Part shown: one piece after another, positions 11,701 through 24,000 of the stretch
Layout of the letters: the number at the start of each line of letters is the position of its first letter
Numbering within the stretch: position 1 is the stretch's first letter
Source of the DNA: Gnetum montanum
Taxonomy: Eukaryota; Plantae; Gnetophyta
Direction: 5' to 3'
DNA: 64,000 nt
NCBI GenBank assembly: GCA_015680685.1
Contig: MNCI01002540.1
Coordinates: 150,742-214,741, forward strand
The notes under the pieces: model-generated
Databases searched by the model: none
Told to the model about the DNA's origin: nothing
The model's input: the letters and a program-made list of their open reading frames with translations, nothing else
Program-made: the position numbers and the translations under genes

Positions 11701-14684
11701 GGAAATTTCCAAGGAAAATAAGTTTTGAAAAATTGAGAAGAAAAGAGTTTCATGCATCACATATAATGACATAGGGTGCCAATACGTGCAAAAACTATGG
11801 ACCATCAAGAGAACATCACTTCAAGCATGTAGTTAGTGTGTAGATATCATAGAGGTTCAAAGGTGCCTATATGTAGTAGCCACTAAACAAGAGGGCACTT
11901 TGTGGTTGATAACTAAAAATGAGGCTGGATCAACAACATGCATGGAACCAGTTTAGAGCCTCACCAACTCCTATGTGCAAAGCATGGATAAGTTGGAGTA
12001 GCTCCATCACCAAGTCCCTAATGCACAAATTAAGATTAATTCAGGAGAGTTGAAGATCCTTTAAATTTTTAAGTAAGGGCCCCTTGAGCTGAAGGCTCTA
12101 CTAGTAGGAATGGAATATGTCTTCTTAAATAATGATAAGTCGATCATTATTAATGCCACACTTGCTTCAATATGAAAGAATAAATTCTTAGAAGTTGTAA
12201 ATAAACTGCTAACAGCCTTTACCTAGTCATATCATGTTAATATGAATTAATCTAAGGATAAGCTAGCATAGAATTTATACAGATTCCCCCATTAAACCAA
12301 AGAGATAGCCGCAAAGATGCTTGAACCCAAAACTCAAGAAAATCATCAAAGAGAAGATTAAATACTCATCAAGGCTAAGTTCATTTATCCTATTGCAGAT
12401 AGTGAGTGGGTTAGCCTCCTTTTTATTTTTCCAAAGGAAGGAGGAAAGTGGAGAGTCTATATAGACTTTTAGCTATTGAATATGACCACTTACAAAGATC
12501 ATTTTCCATTGTAATTTGTGGAACAAGTGCTAGATACTATGACAGAGCATTATTACTACAACTTTCTGGATGGTTATAATGTCTATAACCAAATCCAAAT
12601 TGCACCAGAGAACCAGGAAAAGATAATGTTCACAAGTCCCTAGGGGAATTTTGCATACAAAAAGATGTCCTTTGGCTTATGCAATGCTCTTGCCACATTC
12701 CAATGGTTGGTACTTAGCATCTTCCAACAACAAATCGATAATGGGTTAGAAGTCTTAATGAATGACTTCTCTACTTACAGGGCTACCTTTGAGTAAGCCT
12801 TGCATCACCTAGAGTAAGTTCTTCAATGGTGTGTAGAATCTAATTTGAGGCTTAATTGGCAAAACAACCATCTGATGATCCAAGAGGGGATTTTTTTGAG
12901 ACATTGAATCTCAAACAAAGGGATCAAGATGAACCCAAACAAAATAAGGATCATACAAGGAATAACCAAACAATCCAAAAAAATGAAGGATGTGAGGTCA
13001 TTCCTTGGCCACACTAGGTATTGCAAGTGTTTCATTGAAAACTTCTCAAAGATCTCCAAGCCGTTAGTGGAACTTACAAAGAAAGATACACCGTTTGTTT
13101 GGACTAAGAAATGTGAGCATGCATTTCAACAACTCAAGTAGAAACTCATAGAGACTCTAATTCTACGAGAACCTGATTAGACTAGACCATTAGTCATCAT
13201 GATAGATGCATCAAATTATGCCTTGGCAGTCGTGCTTACATAAATAAACTATTAGAAACATCCATGCTACATCCACTGTAGAAGTAAAAGCATTGTGGGT
13301 ACACAGCTCAACTACACTGCCATTGAAAAGGAGCTTATGGTGGTGGTGTCTACCCTAGAAATGTTCAGGAATTATGTGCTTGGATACAAAGTGTTTATGC
13401 ACATCAACCATAGCACCATGCAATTCCTAATGAATAAACCAATGGTAAGCCCCCATGCCATATGATGGCTGGTGATCCTCTAGGAGTTTGATTTGACAAT
13501 GGTTGATTGAAAGGAGATCAAGAATGTGGTAGCTAATAACTTTTCTTGGTGGTGATGGGATAACAAGGAGAAGGAGACCTCATTATTTGATATTTTTCCT
13601 AATGCCAATGTTGTTAATGAGCAAGATCCTAAAGAAACCAACTGGTATGATAACATCCTCTCTTATCTATTCACACAGGAGATGTCACAACAGTCGAACC
13701 ACAAGAAAAAACATCAACTTATTCATCAGGCCAAACACTTTATGGCAATCAATGCAACCTCTACAAGGTCTGTGCGGATGGTCTGGATGATGATGTGTCC
13801 CTGACATAAATCAGCTTTGAGTCCTCCAAGATGCACATGAAGGCCCTTGTGGGGGTCACTATGCTAGGAGGAGAATAGTCATTAATATCTTGATGGAAGG
13901 ATATTATTGACCCATGATCTTCTGGGATCTCCATCACTTCTTCCATTCTTATGATAGGTGCCAATGTGATGGAGGAATGATTACATGCATGGAAGGGCCT
14001 CAATAGTACATCCAACCAATGGAGCCTTTAAATCTTCAAGGGATTTATTTCATGGGATCCATCAACCCTATGTCACACGGAAAGGCCTACATCATTGTGG
14101 CTGCTAACTACTACACCAAATGGGCTAAAGCGATTGCCACCACCGAGTGTTCATCCTCTACGGTAGCATGGTTTGTACAAAAAAAATTTGTCAAAAGATT
14201 TAGTGTGCCATGAGCACTAATTTCTAACAATGGAACATACTTTGTAGGTGTCACTTTCCAAAAGCTTATGCAATGCTTGGGGGTTGAACATAAACTAATA
14301 ACTCCTTACTACCCTCAACCTAATAGCCAAGTTAAGTTTACTAATAGGGAAATTACCAAAATACTAACACAAGTAGTTAGAAAATATAGAAAGGATTGGA
14401 GCAACAAACTCAACGATGCTCTTTGGGTATTCTCCCTATGAACTAGTGTACGAAAAACTTCCAACTCTTCCCATCCGAGCTGAGCTCCATATATTTTCAA
14501 TAGCTTGTGACCTTAACTTGGACTTAAGTCTAGCCCAAAGAAAAGGATTGATGAATCTCAACATGCTAGATGAGAATAGATTAGTGGCCTTGTCATCGAA
14601 TGAAGTGCATAAGGCACATAGCAAACAACGTCATGACCTTAAGATTTAAAGGGTAAATTTTCAACTAGGGGATAAGGTGCTTTA
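8738..14684 (+). pseudogene. Element A gag-pol (gag, aspartic protease, RT, RNase H, integrase), many stops and frameshifts
   Basis: Gag core NNIPKFEGGY..HLQAFHDA (about 9740); protease ALLDLGSKVNLI (ORF 11284..11520); RT FLDGYNVYNQI (about 12560) and DVRSFLGH (ORF 12929..); RH DASNYA (about 13205); INT ORFs 14019.. and 14416..; interrupted by B at 14685. Confidence 0.9.
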
Positions 14685-16164
14685 TGAAACACCACCAAGA
14701 AAACTCATGTTGTGATCCCTTTGCATTATAACTCTCACCCCATGAAACTTGAGGCTAAAACTTCATTATAAAATGTGAAGATTGTAGTCCAAGAGATGCA
14801 ATTTCACATCTTCTAGCTTTTGGGGCTAAGAAATGCCTCATAAGTGGTTAAAGCCTCAACCCCAAAGTGAAAAAGTCATATTATATCCACATTTGGGCTT
14901 CGTGGGGAAGGGGGTGTTTAAAAATGCCTTTTGGACTACCAAAATTGACATTTTCATGGGTTTTGTGAGGGGTATAACCTTTGCTATGTTGGAAACACCT
15001 ATGTTTAGCATGGGGTAGGGTGTTGTAAAATCACCGATGCCCAACATTAGGAGGTATAAATCCTACCACCCCCCCTCCCCACCCCCCATCATTGCTACTA
15101 CACCCCAAGTGTTGCTCCAGCATGGCACCATCACTTTAGCATTGTTCTAGCCTCAACAGTGGCTCCCACAACTTCAACGTGGGTGTTATACCCTAATATG
15201 GATGTCACAACCCTAGTGTGATTTCTTTAGGCCTAGTGTTGCTATTGGAAGGCCCATCATGGGTGGAAGAAGCCAACGTGGTTAAAATTTCCTTTTACCA
15301 TTTTCAGTAAACAAAATGGTTTTGATGCCATGGGGTGGTGTCAAAAGTTACCATACATAGAAACCATGCTAGATTTAGACACCTACAACACATGTACATA
15401 CCAACAATCTATCAGCAATTAGATGAAAATTTGTAGCAAAATTTATGGCTATAAACCTATAAAAACCAAGTTAAAACACTATGAAGGCATTCCACAAATT
15501 TTGAAGTTCTACTTCTTTAGCATTGAAGAGCTTTGAAAATTTATTACAAGAACAAAGCTTTTGAGAGAAAATTTTAGCATGGACCCATAGCCATTGTAAC
15601 CACTTTTACCCCCTGAGATTGTGTGGTGTTATAGCAATGTTGAAGCAACATGGGCATTGAGACTCCTAGTGTGGCTCTTCTTTGCAACTCAAAAGCCCCA
15701 CACATCTTACCCCCCTATACCACCAACACTACAATTGAGTCAGGAGTGTAGCAAGGTTTTATAGTTTCGGGAACTATGGAGCGTTTGGATCATGGAGCTA
15801 AATGTCGAATCCAAAGCCACTAATCTCAATAGATTCCAAACCCTAGGTGAAGTGAATCCCTTTGCTTCCTTAGCCACCACTTGTACACTCTTTGAACTCT
15901 CTTTGTTCATCATAATAAAGTTTGCAGTTCTATTTGTTGTGCAAGATAGCATAGATTTGTTATTTATTTTGTGCATCTATTTTCATATCTATATTGCAAT
16001 TTCATTTTATTACCCTCATTGACGTTTTGTAAGTCCCTAAGTGATCGGCAAGACCATCTGGGGTACCTCGGATCTTATTTTTTGGATGTCCTTTGGATGC
16101 GAGGTTAATACTGTCTCAGTTGGGATCTTTGGTTTTTCCAGCACTAAATTTTCTAATCACTATA
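14685..16164 (+). repeat. 5' LTR of element B
   Basis: Starts tgaaacaccaccaagaaaactc, identical to 41763; aligns to 43152; contains an array of decayed CCAGCGTGG motifs (about 15000-15290). Confidence 0.9.
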
Positions 16165-16839
16165 GTTTTTTAATGCTAAAAGGATGGCCTCCATCCAAGT
16201 TCTACTTTGAATCCTATTGCATGCAAATCCAAAACCTTTAAAATCATCAAAGCATTTTCTCAAGTCTTGACAACACTTTTTTTGCTACCAAACCAATGCT
16301 ATGTCATCCACACCCCCTATTACCAAAACCCAACGTTGAGGTTGTAGGTGATTTAAGCTTTTGGATATTTGGTCATTTCAAAGCCAGCATGGGTGTTCCA
16401 CCCAAAACCTCACCCCCTCTACTAAAAAAAAGTTTCTAGTAGGGCTAATGTTGGCACCCTGCCAAAACCAAAACCTTTAAAAAATCAAAATTTTCACCTT
16501 ATTCTTGAATAGAAAGCCATAAAAACTACCAAGAGTGAACCCCCCAACACTGTGAAGAGAGGTGTAAGATTATTTATCTTGCCCCCCTTCTTCATCCCTT
16601 TCCTTGTCTAGTGTGGGTGCTATTGGCAAACCCAGCATTGTGGGGATTTGACTTAAACTTTCTACTTTTTGCTTTTTCTTTAAGTGAAAGGGTATACCCC
16701 CTTTCACTGCAACCACTTACATTGTATTTCATAGTTGCAATTTACAATAGCTTGACAATCATACTCCTTTTGTAAATTTTATTCTTTTTAATAATTAAAC
16801 ATTTTATTAAGCCAAACCTTTCAGCATTATCAACATGTC

Positions 16840-19800
16840 GTTCTAACAATCAACCATTTTACATTTTAACTTTACCAATACCGGGTCTAGCCAACAAGCC
16901 ATAAGGGTGTATGACCCCAAGGACCCCATTGTGGTTGAGTGTAGGTAATCACTTATGCTCAAAGGGAAAGGCCTCAAATTTTCAATTAATTGAGATGGAT
17001 AAGGATGATGGAAAAGCTAACTCGGATGAGTAGTAGAAGGAAGAGGATGAGTTTAGGATTGAGTCTGAACATGATAACCTCATTGTTGGGGGGGGGGGGT
17101 GTGGGTGGTTGTGGAGCAGGGCTTGCTTTTCCAACAATCAACCCCCAAAGCCACAATGCCTACCTTAACCCCCCTTACCTCTTCAGTCCTCAACCCCTCT
17201 TTATCCAACCATGTTTGGGCCAACGCCCATTATCATAGCGCACCAAATGTAATCAGTGTTACAATCCACAACCTTCCATTTTCCATGCCTTTTTCCATAC
17301 AACCACGATTTGTGCAGCTATCATCGGTGGTTATGACCACTACTAATCCATTTTCCACTTAGATGGGGCCCACAGTGGGACCTCAAGTGATCTAATGGTC
17401 ACATACCCCTTTCATCCCCTTTGTGCCTTAGATATAAGTGCAACCTCTTTTTTTTTGTCTAGCCCACTCACAACTATGATGATCTAACCTCTCCCCTTAA
17501 TGTTGCAACCTATTGCAAGGCCACAAGCCTCCCAGCTCACACTACAACCTTTTGTGCAAATCTCACAACCGACGAAGGCATCCTAAGGGCTAGATTAAGC
17601 CTTCCAAATGATCCATGACTTAATCAAAGAGTTAAGAAGGCTCAAGGCCATCAAGATTATGGATTTCTATAAGGATGATCCCATTAGTCCTGCAATCCCA
17701 CCACTAACTCTTCCCCTTGATGTTTGCATATCATAGTTTACCAAGTACAATGTTGAAGATGATCCCAACTCCCATCTTATAGCTTTTTACTTTGAGTGCT
17801 TGTTACTGCAAGCCTAGCTGCACATAATAATGAGAATATTCCCTATGCCTCTTACAGGTAAAGCCCTTGAATGGTACCATGCTTTCTTAAGAGGATCCAT
17901 ATCTACTTTAGAAGACCTAATTTTGCAATTAGTTAACGATTTCAAGTATAACTTGAAACCTAATACAACCCATGACTAGTTAATAAAGGTCAAGTAAGGA
18001 TCCCTTAAACTGGTGCAAAATTTCATCCAACGATGTAACCCTTTACTAAATGAGATCCTAGAACTGATAGCTAAAACTCATAATCTAGTATATTCAAGGG
18101 GGTGGCTAATGACTTTATCATGTCAAAAGTGTACTACCTTAATCCATGGTTGCTTAGTCAAGCATTTTCCTAAACCAAGAACATAGAAGATGATGTGAAA
18201 GCCAACCATGACCCCACCTATAGGACATATAAGAATCAACATGCACAAAAGGACAAGAAGAGGGGAAGGCAAAACAACGTGATGATAGCCACTATAGCAA
18301 AGGAAAACAAAATGACCACCTAGGGGCCAAGAACTAACCAACCTAAGGCCCCTGCTAAAAAAAATAATCGACCTTTAATATCTAGGGCCTCTACATTGAC
18401 TACTTTGAGGTCGAACTTTGAGCAAAAAGACTCGATGAAATATACTAGCTTATTCTTAAAGGCATTAGAACTCCTAGATCAATTGTTAAAGAGTGGGAGG
18501 ATACAATATAAATAAATGACTAAAAATCCTCATAAGAGGCATGAGAGGCTATATGAGATAGCCAAAGACTCACTCGAGCAACCAAATATGACCCTTTGGT
18601 GCCTAGATATTTTAAGCTTGACCACTTTTCTCACTATCATTAGTTGCCAGGTCATGACACCGAATTTTGCCTTATGCTAAAAGATGACCTATAGAAGATG
18701 ATAGATAAGGGTGAACTGGTGCTGGACATCTCCAACCTAATTAGGTCTTAAAACTACTTGATGCATGTATATAAAGACCCATTGAATGTCAATAATAACC
18801 CATATAACATAAGGGAGCTTAATGTTAATAATGACCTGAGGCCTGTGAAGGAACCATTCGTGATCTAGGTATCTCCTCATAATGAAAGGGGTCCTTAAAC
18901 CTTCACTAGTTCAAGGACCCCCTTTGTTGTAAGGATCCCATCATTAACACCCCCAACGAGCCTTTTGTAATTAGAATACCTCCCCCTATCATTACAACTA
19001 ATCCATCCATATGATCAAACAATGCCCCCTTGTGGTGGCTAATGCAATGACTTCTTCTTTTTGACCAACCAACAATAACAAGAAGTCCCTAACTAAACAA
19101 CAAAAGAAGTTAGCACAGAAGCCAAAATATAGGGGCAATAAGCAAGCGAAGTTATGGAAGGAAGTGGGTCCACTAAACTCTACTCCCATATCATCCATTC
19201 CCATGACCTCTATAACCTAGGCTACTTCAACTAGTAAACCACAGGAGGAACCCAAGCCATAAGGAAAGGGGAAATAGGCCAAGCCACCACAACTGAAATG
19301 TGGAGTCCATATCTTGGGATGCATGGAGGAAGTTAAGAACAATAGGGACAACAAGCCCATGGCCAACAACAAAGACTTCTTAAATGCGATGGAATAGGTT
19401 AAATAGTTGTTGAAACAAAAAAATACAACCCTGATCTTGTATGACCTAATCATGACTTTCGTTGCACACCACGAGGTGCTAGTCAATATGTTGACCTTAA
19501 TTCCCATTAGCAAGGACATAGTGAAGAGTCCATACATGTAGTGATGGTACTGTCTTCACATAGGGAACAAATGACATTAACATCCCTAGTGTTTCACAAT
19601 AGCAAAATCAAAACTAGCCTGCAAGATTGTGAGGTAACCAAGGCACCTCTATTTATAACAATAAGGGTTGGACAGTATAAAGTCCATAAAGTGCATGTGG
19701 ATGATTGGGTAGCAACAAACATGATTCCCTATACCATCATTGAGTGTTTAGACCTAACCGAATATATACAACATATGTTGACATTAGCTCATAAATCCTT

Positions 19801-20250
19801 CAATGGATTAGGGGTTGCTATTAAGGGATCTATCTCCTTGGACTTTGTGGTAGGGGAGTAATTCCCCACAATGGCTAACTTCTTGGTGGTGGAGGAAACA
19901 CCAGAATTCAACCTTATCCTAGTGAGGCCTTGGCTAGCTTAATTATGAGCTATCTTCACCCATCCACCAAGAAATTTACCTACCTTACAAGGGAGGCAAG
20001 ATTATCATTCATGGTGACAACGTGATCCCCCTAGCAGTTAACAAAATAAACATAGAGTAGGGGTTCAAATTGGAGTTTTAAAAAGAAACTCCTAGCCACA
20101 AAGTCAAGTAACTTGATAGAGCAAAAAAGGCCAAGAACAATGATGATGGACTTAGCGACACATTTTGGGGAGAGCTTACCTTTAACATCATTAGTAAAGG
20201 AGATGGGAAATATAAACTTGTGCAAAAAAAAAAAAAAAACCATATACATT
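16840..20250 (+). pseudogene. Element B gag-protease, degenerate
   Basis: FTKYNVEDDPNSHL gag core (about 17735); HYH*LPGHDTEFC Tat-type gag Cys/His motif (about 18630); protease PLFITIRVGQYKVHKVHVDDWVATNMIP (ORF 19541..19861). Boundaries approximate. Confidence 0.8.
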
Positions 20251-21007
20251 TCGTAATTTCTCAAAGATTAAGAAACATGTGCACAAGTGACATGTACCCT
20301 TGATCCTCCTACCCTATGCATTTATAACCATGTAGCTATATGTACATGTAGCCCATTAGCCTAGCTTACATTTTACCTATTTGTGCCATTTTGTTTACTT
20401 TATGTTAAACTTTAATTTGCATGTAGCTTAAAAGTTTGCCATTGTTTTCATTTTTACTTATTAAAGCCTTTTCTTTTCTCTTTTAGTGTGATAAACATAA
20501 AAATATCATTAAAAAACTTTAAAACACAAAATAGATAAAAAAATGTGCTTTTTGTTACAAAATGAGGGACATGCCATGGACTAAAACTAGCAAACAACCG
20601 CATGGTTTGCCACAGCCTAAAACTAGCAACCAATGTTTTAACTTATTTCTGTTTTAGTCTATAGCCTTATTACCTAGCTGTCTCAACCTTTTTATTACAA
20701 TATTACACTGTAATCATATTAGCCAATGTAGCCTTAAAACATAAATTATAACATAAAACCATAAACTGTAAGAAAACCATAATGCTAAAACAATATAATC
20801 ATGACTAAAACTTAAAGATAATAGGCAAAATGGCTAAACCATAATAGTCATGGTCACATAGTGTGGCAAACGTCTAAACAATACATCATAGACCATAAGA
20901 ATATGAAACTGTCAACAACTAAAACATTGGCTAATGCTAGCCACAATATCCAACATCAACATCAAATGTGAACAACAAGAACAATGAGAAATAGATAGCT
21001 AGTGATG

Positions 21008-24000
21008 CTAGGAGGCATCTAGATGAGGTTGAAGGTTATATTCACCCTCATCATTGGGGTCGTTGATATCGCCTGGTGTTTGTAACATGACAACACAAGA
21101 CCAATTAGTAATCAATGCACAATAAGAACAAGCCAATAACTTAAGAAAACTAAAACATTATAAAACCAAATAAAAAATAAATCTATAGGGAATTTGACAT
21201 GATGAATTTTGGGGGAAGATGTTGAAGACTTGTTGACCTTTTGGTATGTCAAAACCTTAAGGAAGATAGAAAATATAGAATGTTGTGGAGTGTGATGTTT
21301 TTGTAGGACATGAAGGAGAGCTCAAGAGACGACATTTACAAGAAATGACATCAATAAAGAGATATAAAAGTGAAAATAACATGGACTTAAGATTTGCTGG
21401 ACATGAATGAAGACTTAAGGAATGAGAGCTACAACAAGATATCAAAGTGAGAACTACAAGGACTCAAGAGAGCTTGGACAAAGACTTTATTAGAAAAGTG
21501 GGAGCAAAGGCAAAGAAGAAGACTATAGAAAAATTAGGATGCTCTAAGGATTAAGAAGAAGTCAAATCAATGAGAGGAAGCTTTAGGAAGAAAAATTCAA
21601 AAGTTGAGAAGACATCTCCCAAAAGCAGAAGATGTGTTGGCTGAAGTGCAGAAGAACCAAAGAAGACGTCTCCTTTCAAGAGAAGATGTCTCCCATGAAG
21701 AAGATACATCTCCTTTGAATGGAAGTTTAATGAGCAAAGACATCCCAATCTCAAAGAAGATGTTTCTCCTAGCCATTAGATAGCCGTTGTAGAAATTATG
21801 AGGTGATTTTGGAAACTTCAAGGCTATAAGAAGACTTCATTCTCTTGGATTTTGGGCAAGTGTTGTGCATGAATTGTCACTATCCAAGCAATCATTTTAT
21901 ACTGTACTTGTGTACTTAATTTGTCATATTATTTTCTTGTGTATTATAGTTCATTGTCATACCATCTATGCTCTTTTATTGAGAGCTATTGTAATGTGCC
22001 TCAATGTCAAGGATCTATAAATTAGTTACATTCTTTCATTGTAATTTTTTTCACTTTCTGTTGCCTCACTGGGATTGATGTACTTCTTACAAGAAGGCAT
22101 CATTGTTGAGCTTGTCGGGACCTAACTAGGTTGAGTGGTTTTTGCAGTGTTGCAACACTCTAGAGTGGAGCTCAATTTGTAAAGGTTGTGGGATTCTTGA
22201 AACCACATTCTAAGCTTGTTGGGACCTAGTCGAGTTGAGTAAATTCAGAGTGATGAATCACTTTGGAGTAGAGCTTAGAGCTTGTATAGTGTGTAATACC
22301 CTTCAAACAACATTTTAAGAGGAACAAATTTTGAAGGTGTGTAAGCGATCTACCCTTTGAGTGTGGAGTACCTAAGTTGGGGAACCACATAATTTTTAAT
22401 GTGGTTTTTTTTTATGATTTTTTTTGTTGGGGAACTTATTCATCCCCCCTTCTAAGTTCAACGATCCTCAAGACCAGCCTCCAAATGATGGAGGATTTGG
22501 TCTTCTGTCATGTGGGTGCAATCCACATCCCCAAGATTAACACTTGTGAGGATGTTTCTCTCATTGACCTCTATCCATGTATGTGGCTCTAGTGACACTG
22601 TGGTAGTTGAAAACTCACTTGTAGTAGTGGAAACTTGAGAAGTAGGCAATTCAACCATTGTGAAACTACCTTCAAATAATTTGTAGGAAAATTTAGCTTG
22701 AATTCCCTTAACTTTATATAAGCCTTGCAATCAACCTTGTACTTCTTTTTATGATCCTTCTATGCTTGAATCCACTCTAGGACCTAAGCATAATAATCCT
22801 TCCAATCCTTGGCTTTGCGGGTGATAAGGTCCATCTGCAACTGCTGCTTTGTCATCTCCCTTGAAAGGGCAACCTTGTCATGGATGGCGTTCTAGTAACA
22901 AGCCCACATGATCTCCTTGGTTTGCAAGGTCTCTGTGTTGGCCACTTGGCCTTCCACAAAGGCCTTACGATCTTGTGAATCAATGATCACATGGGCTTGC
23001 CTCTTCTTCTTCTCCTTTATGGTCACAACTTGCTCCCCTATGGATTTGTTTGATCTTTGGAACTCCCAAGAAGTCTTTGCATATGAAATTGCAAGATCAA
23101 TTGGACTTTCATACAACTTTCATGGAACATTCTCAACATCAACAAGAAGTTTAGGCATGAAGTCAATTTCCATGTTATAGTTGGGATCCCCTGCAACTTT
23201 AGGCATGTCATGACATATAACCATGAATACATACAAGTAAGAACAATATAGAACAAAAATAACTATAACAAAAACATATAACCAACATACCTATGAAAAC
23301 TAAATATAAAACAATTAGAGCTAAATAAAGTAAAGTTCTTACCAATTTTGGAAGCAACTTATTGCAACTGATTGATGATGTCCTTGGCCACTCCTTACAT
23401 GAATTCCATTTTGTCTAAAACCTTTACCCATGGTTTCATGCAAAACATAGGGGTCGAGGCTTTTGTCTGGAACTCAGGAACTACAACAAGCATAACAATC
23501 AATGAATGGTTAGAACAAAAAATAAACATAAAAAACTATAATGAACAATACTAAGGCATATGCATACCTAGCTCTTCCTCCTTTGGGATGATGATGGGGC
23601 TTTCCCCTAGTAACAATTCACCAAATAAGCCATCTAAGTCATCCAATGCGATGTTAGCCAACCCCTCCTTCTCATGCTACTATAGGAGGGCCTCCTCCAC
23701 ATGCCTCCACTACTCCACTGCTACTATGACTTAGGTTGCAAAGGCTTGTTGATTGTTTACAAGAACCATGAACCCAAAACATTAAAACAACTTACCAAAA
23801 TAACAACCTTATAACCTTAAAACATAAAACATAGGATAACCAAAAGATAGCCAAAACTTAAAACATACCCATGATTGCATGATGATTCTTGCCAAGCTTA
23901 AGTGTGAAGCTTCTCTTGGAAGGTCGCTTAGTAGCTAGTGTTGCTTCCTCCACCATAGGCTAGTTTACCTTTGCTCTAGTTACCTTCTTAGCTTCAACAT

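Noticed and set aside
16165-16190. Assigning a tRNA to the PBS of element B
   Set aside because: The sequence (ttttaatgctaaaaggatgg) is too degenerate to assign by eye.
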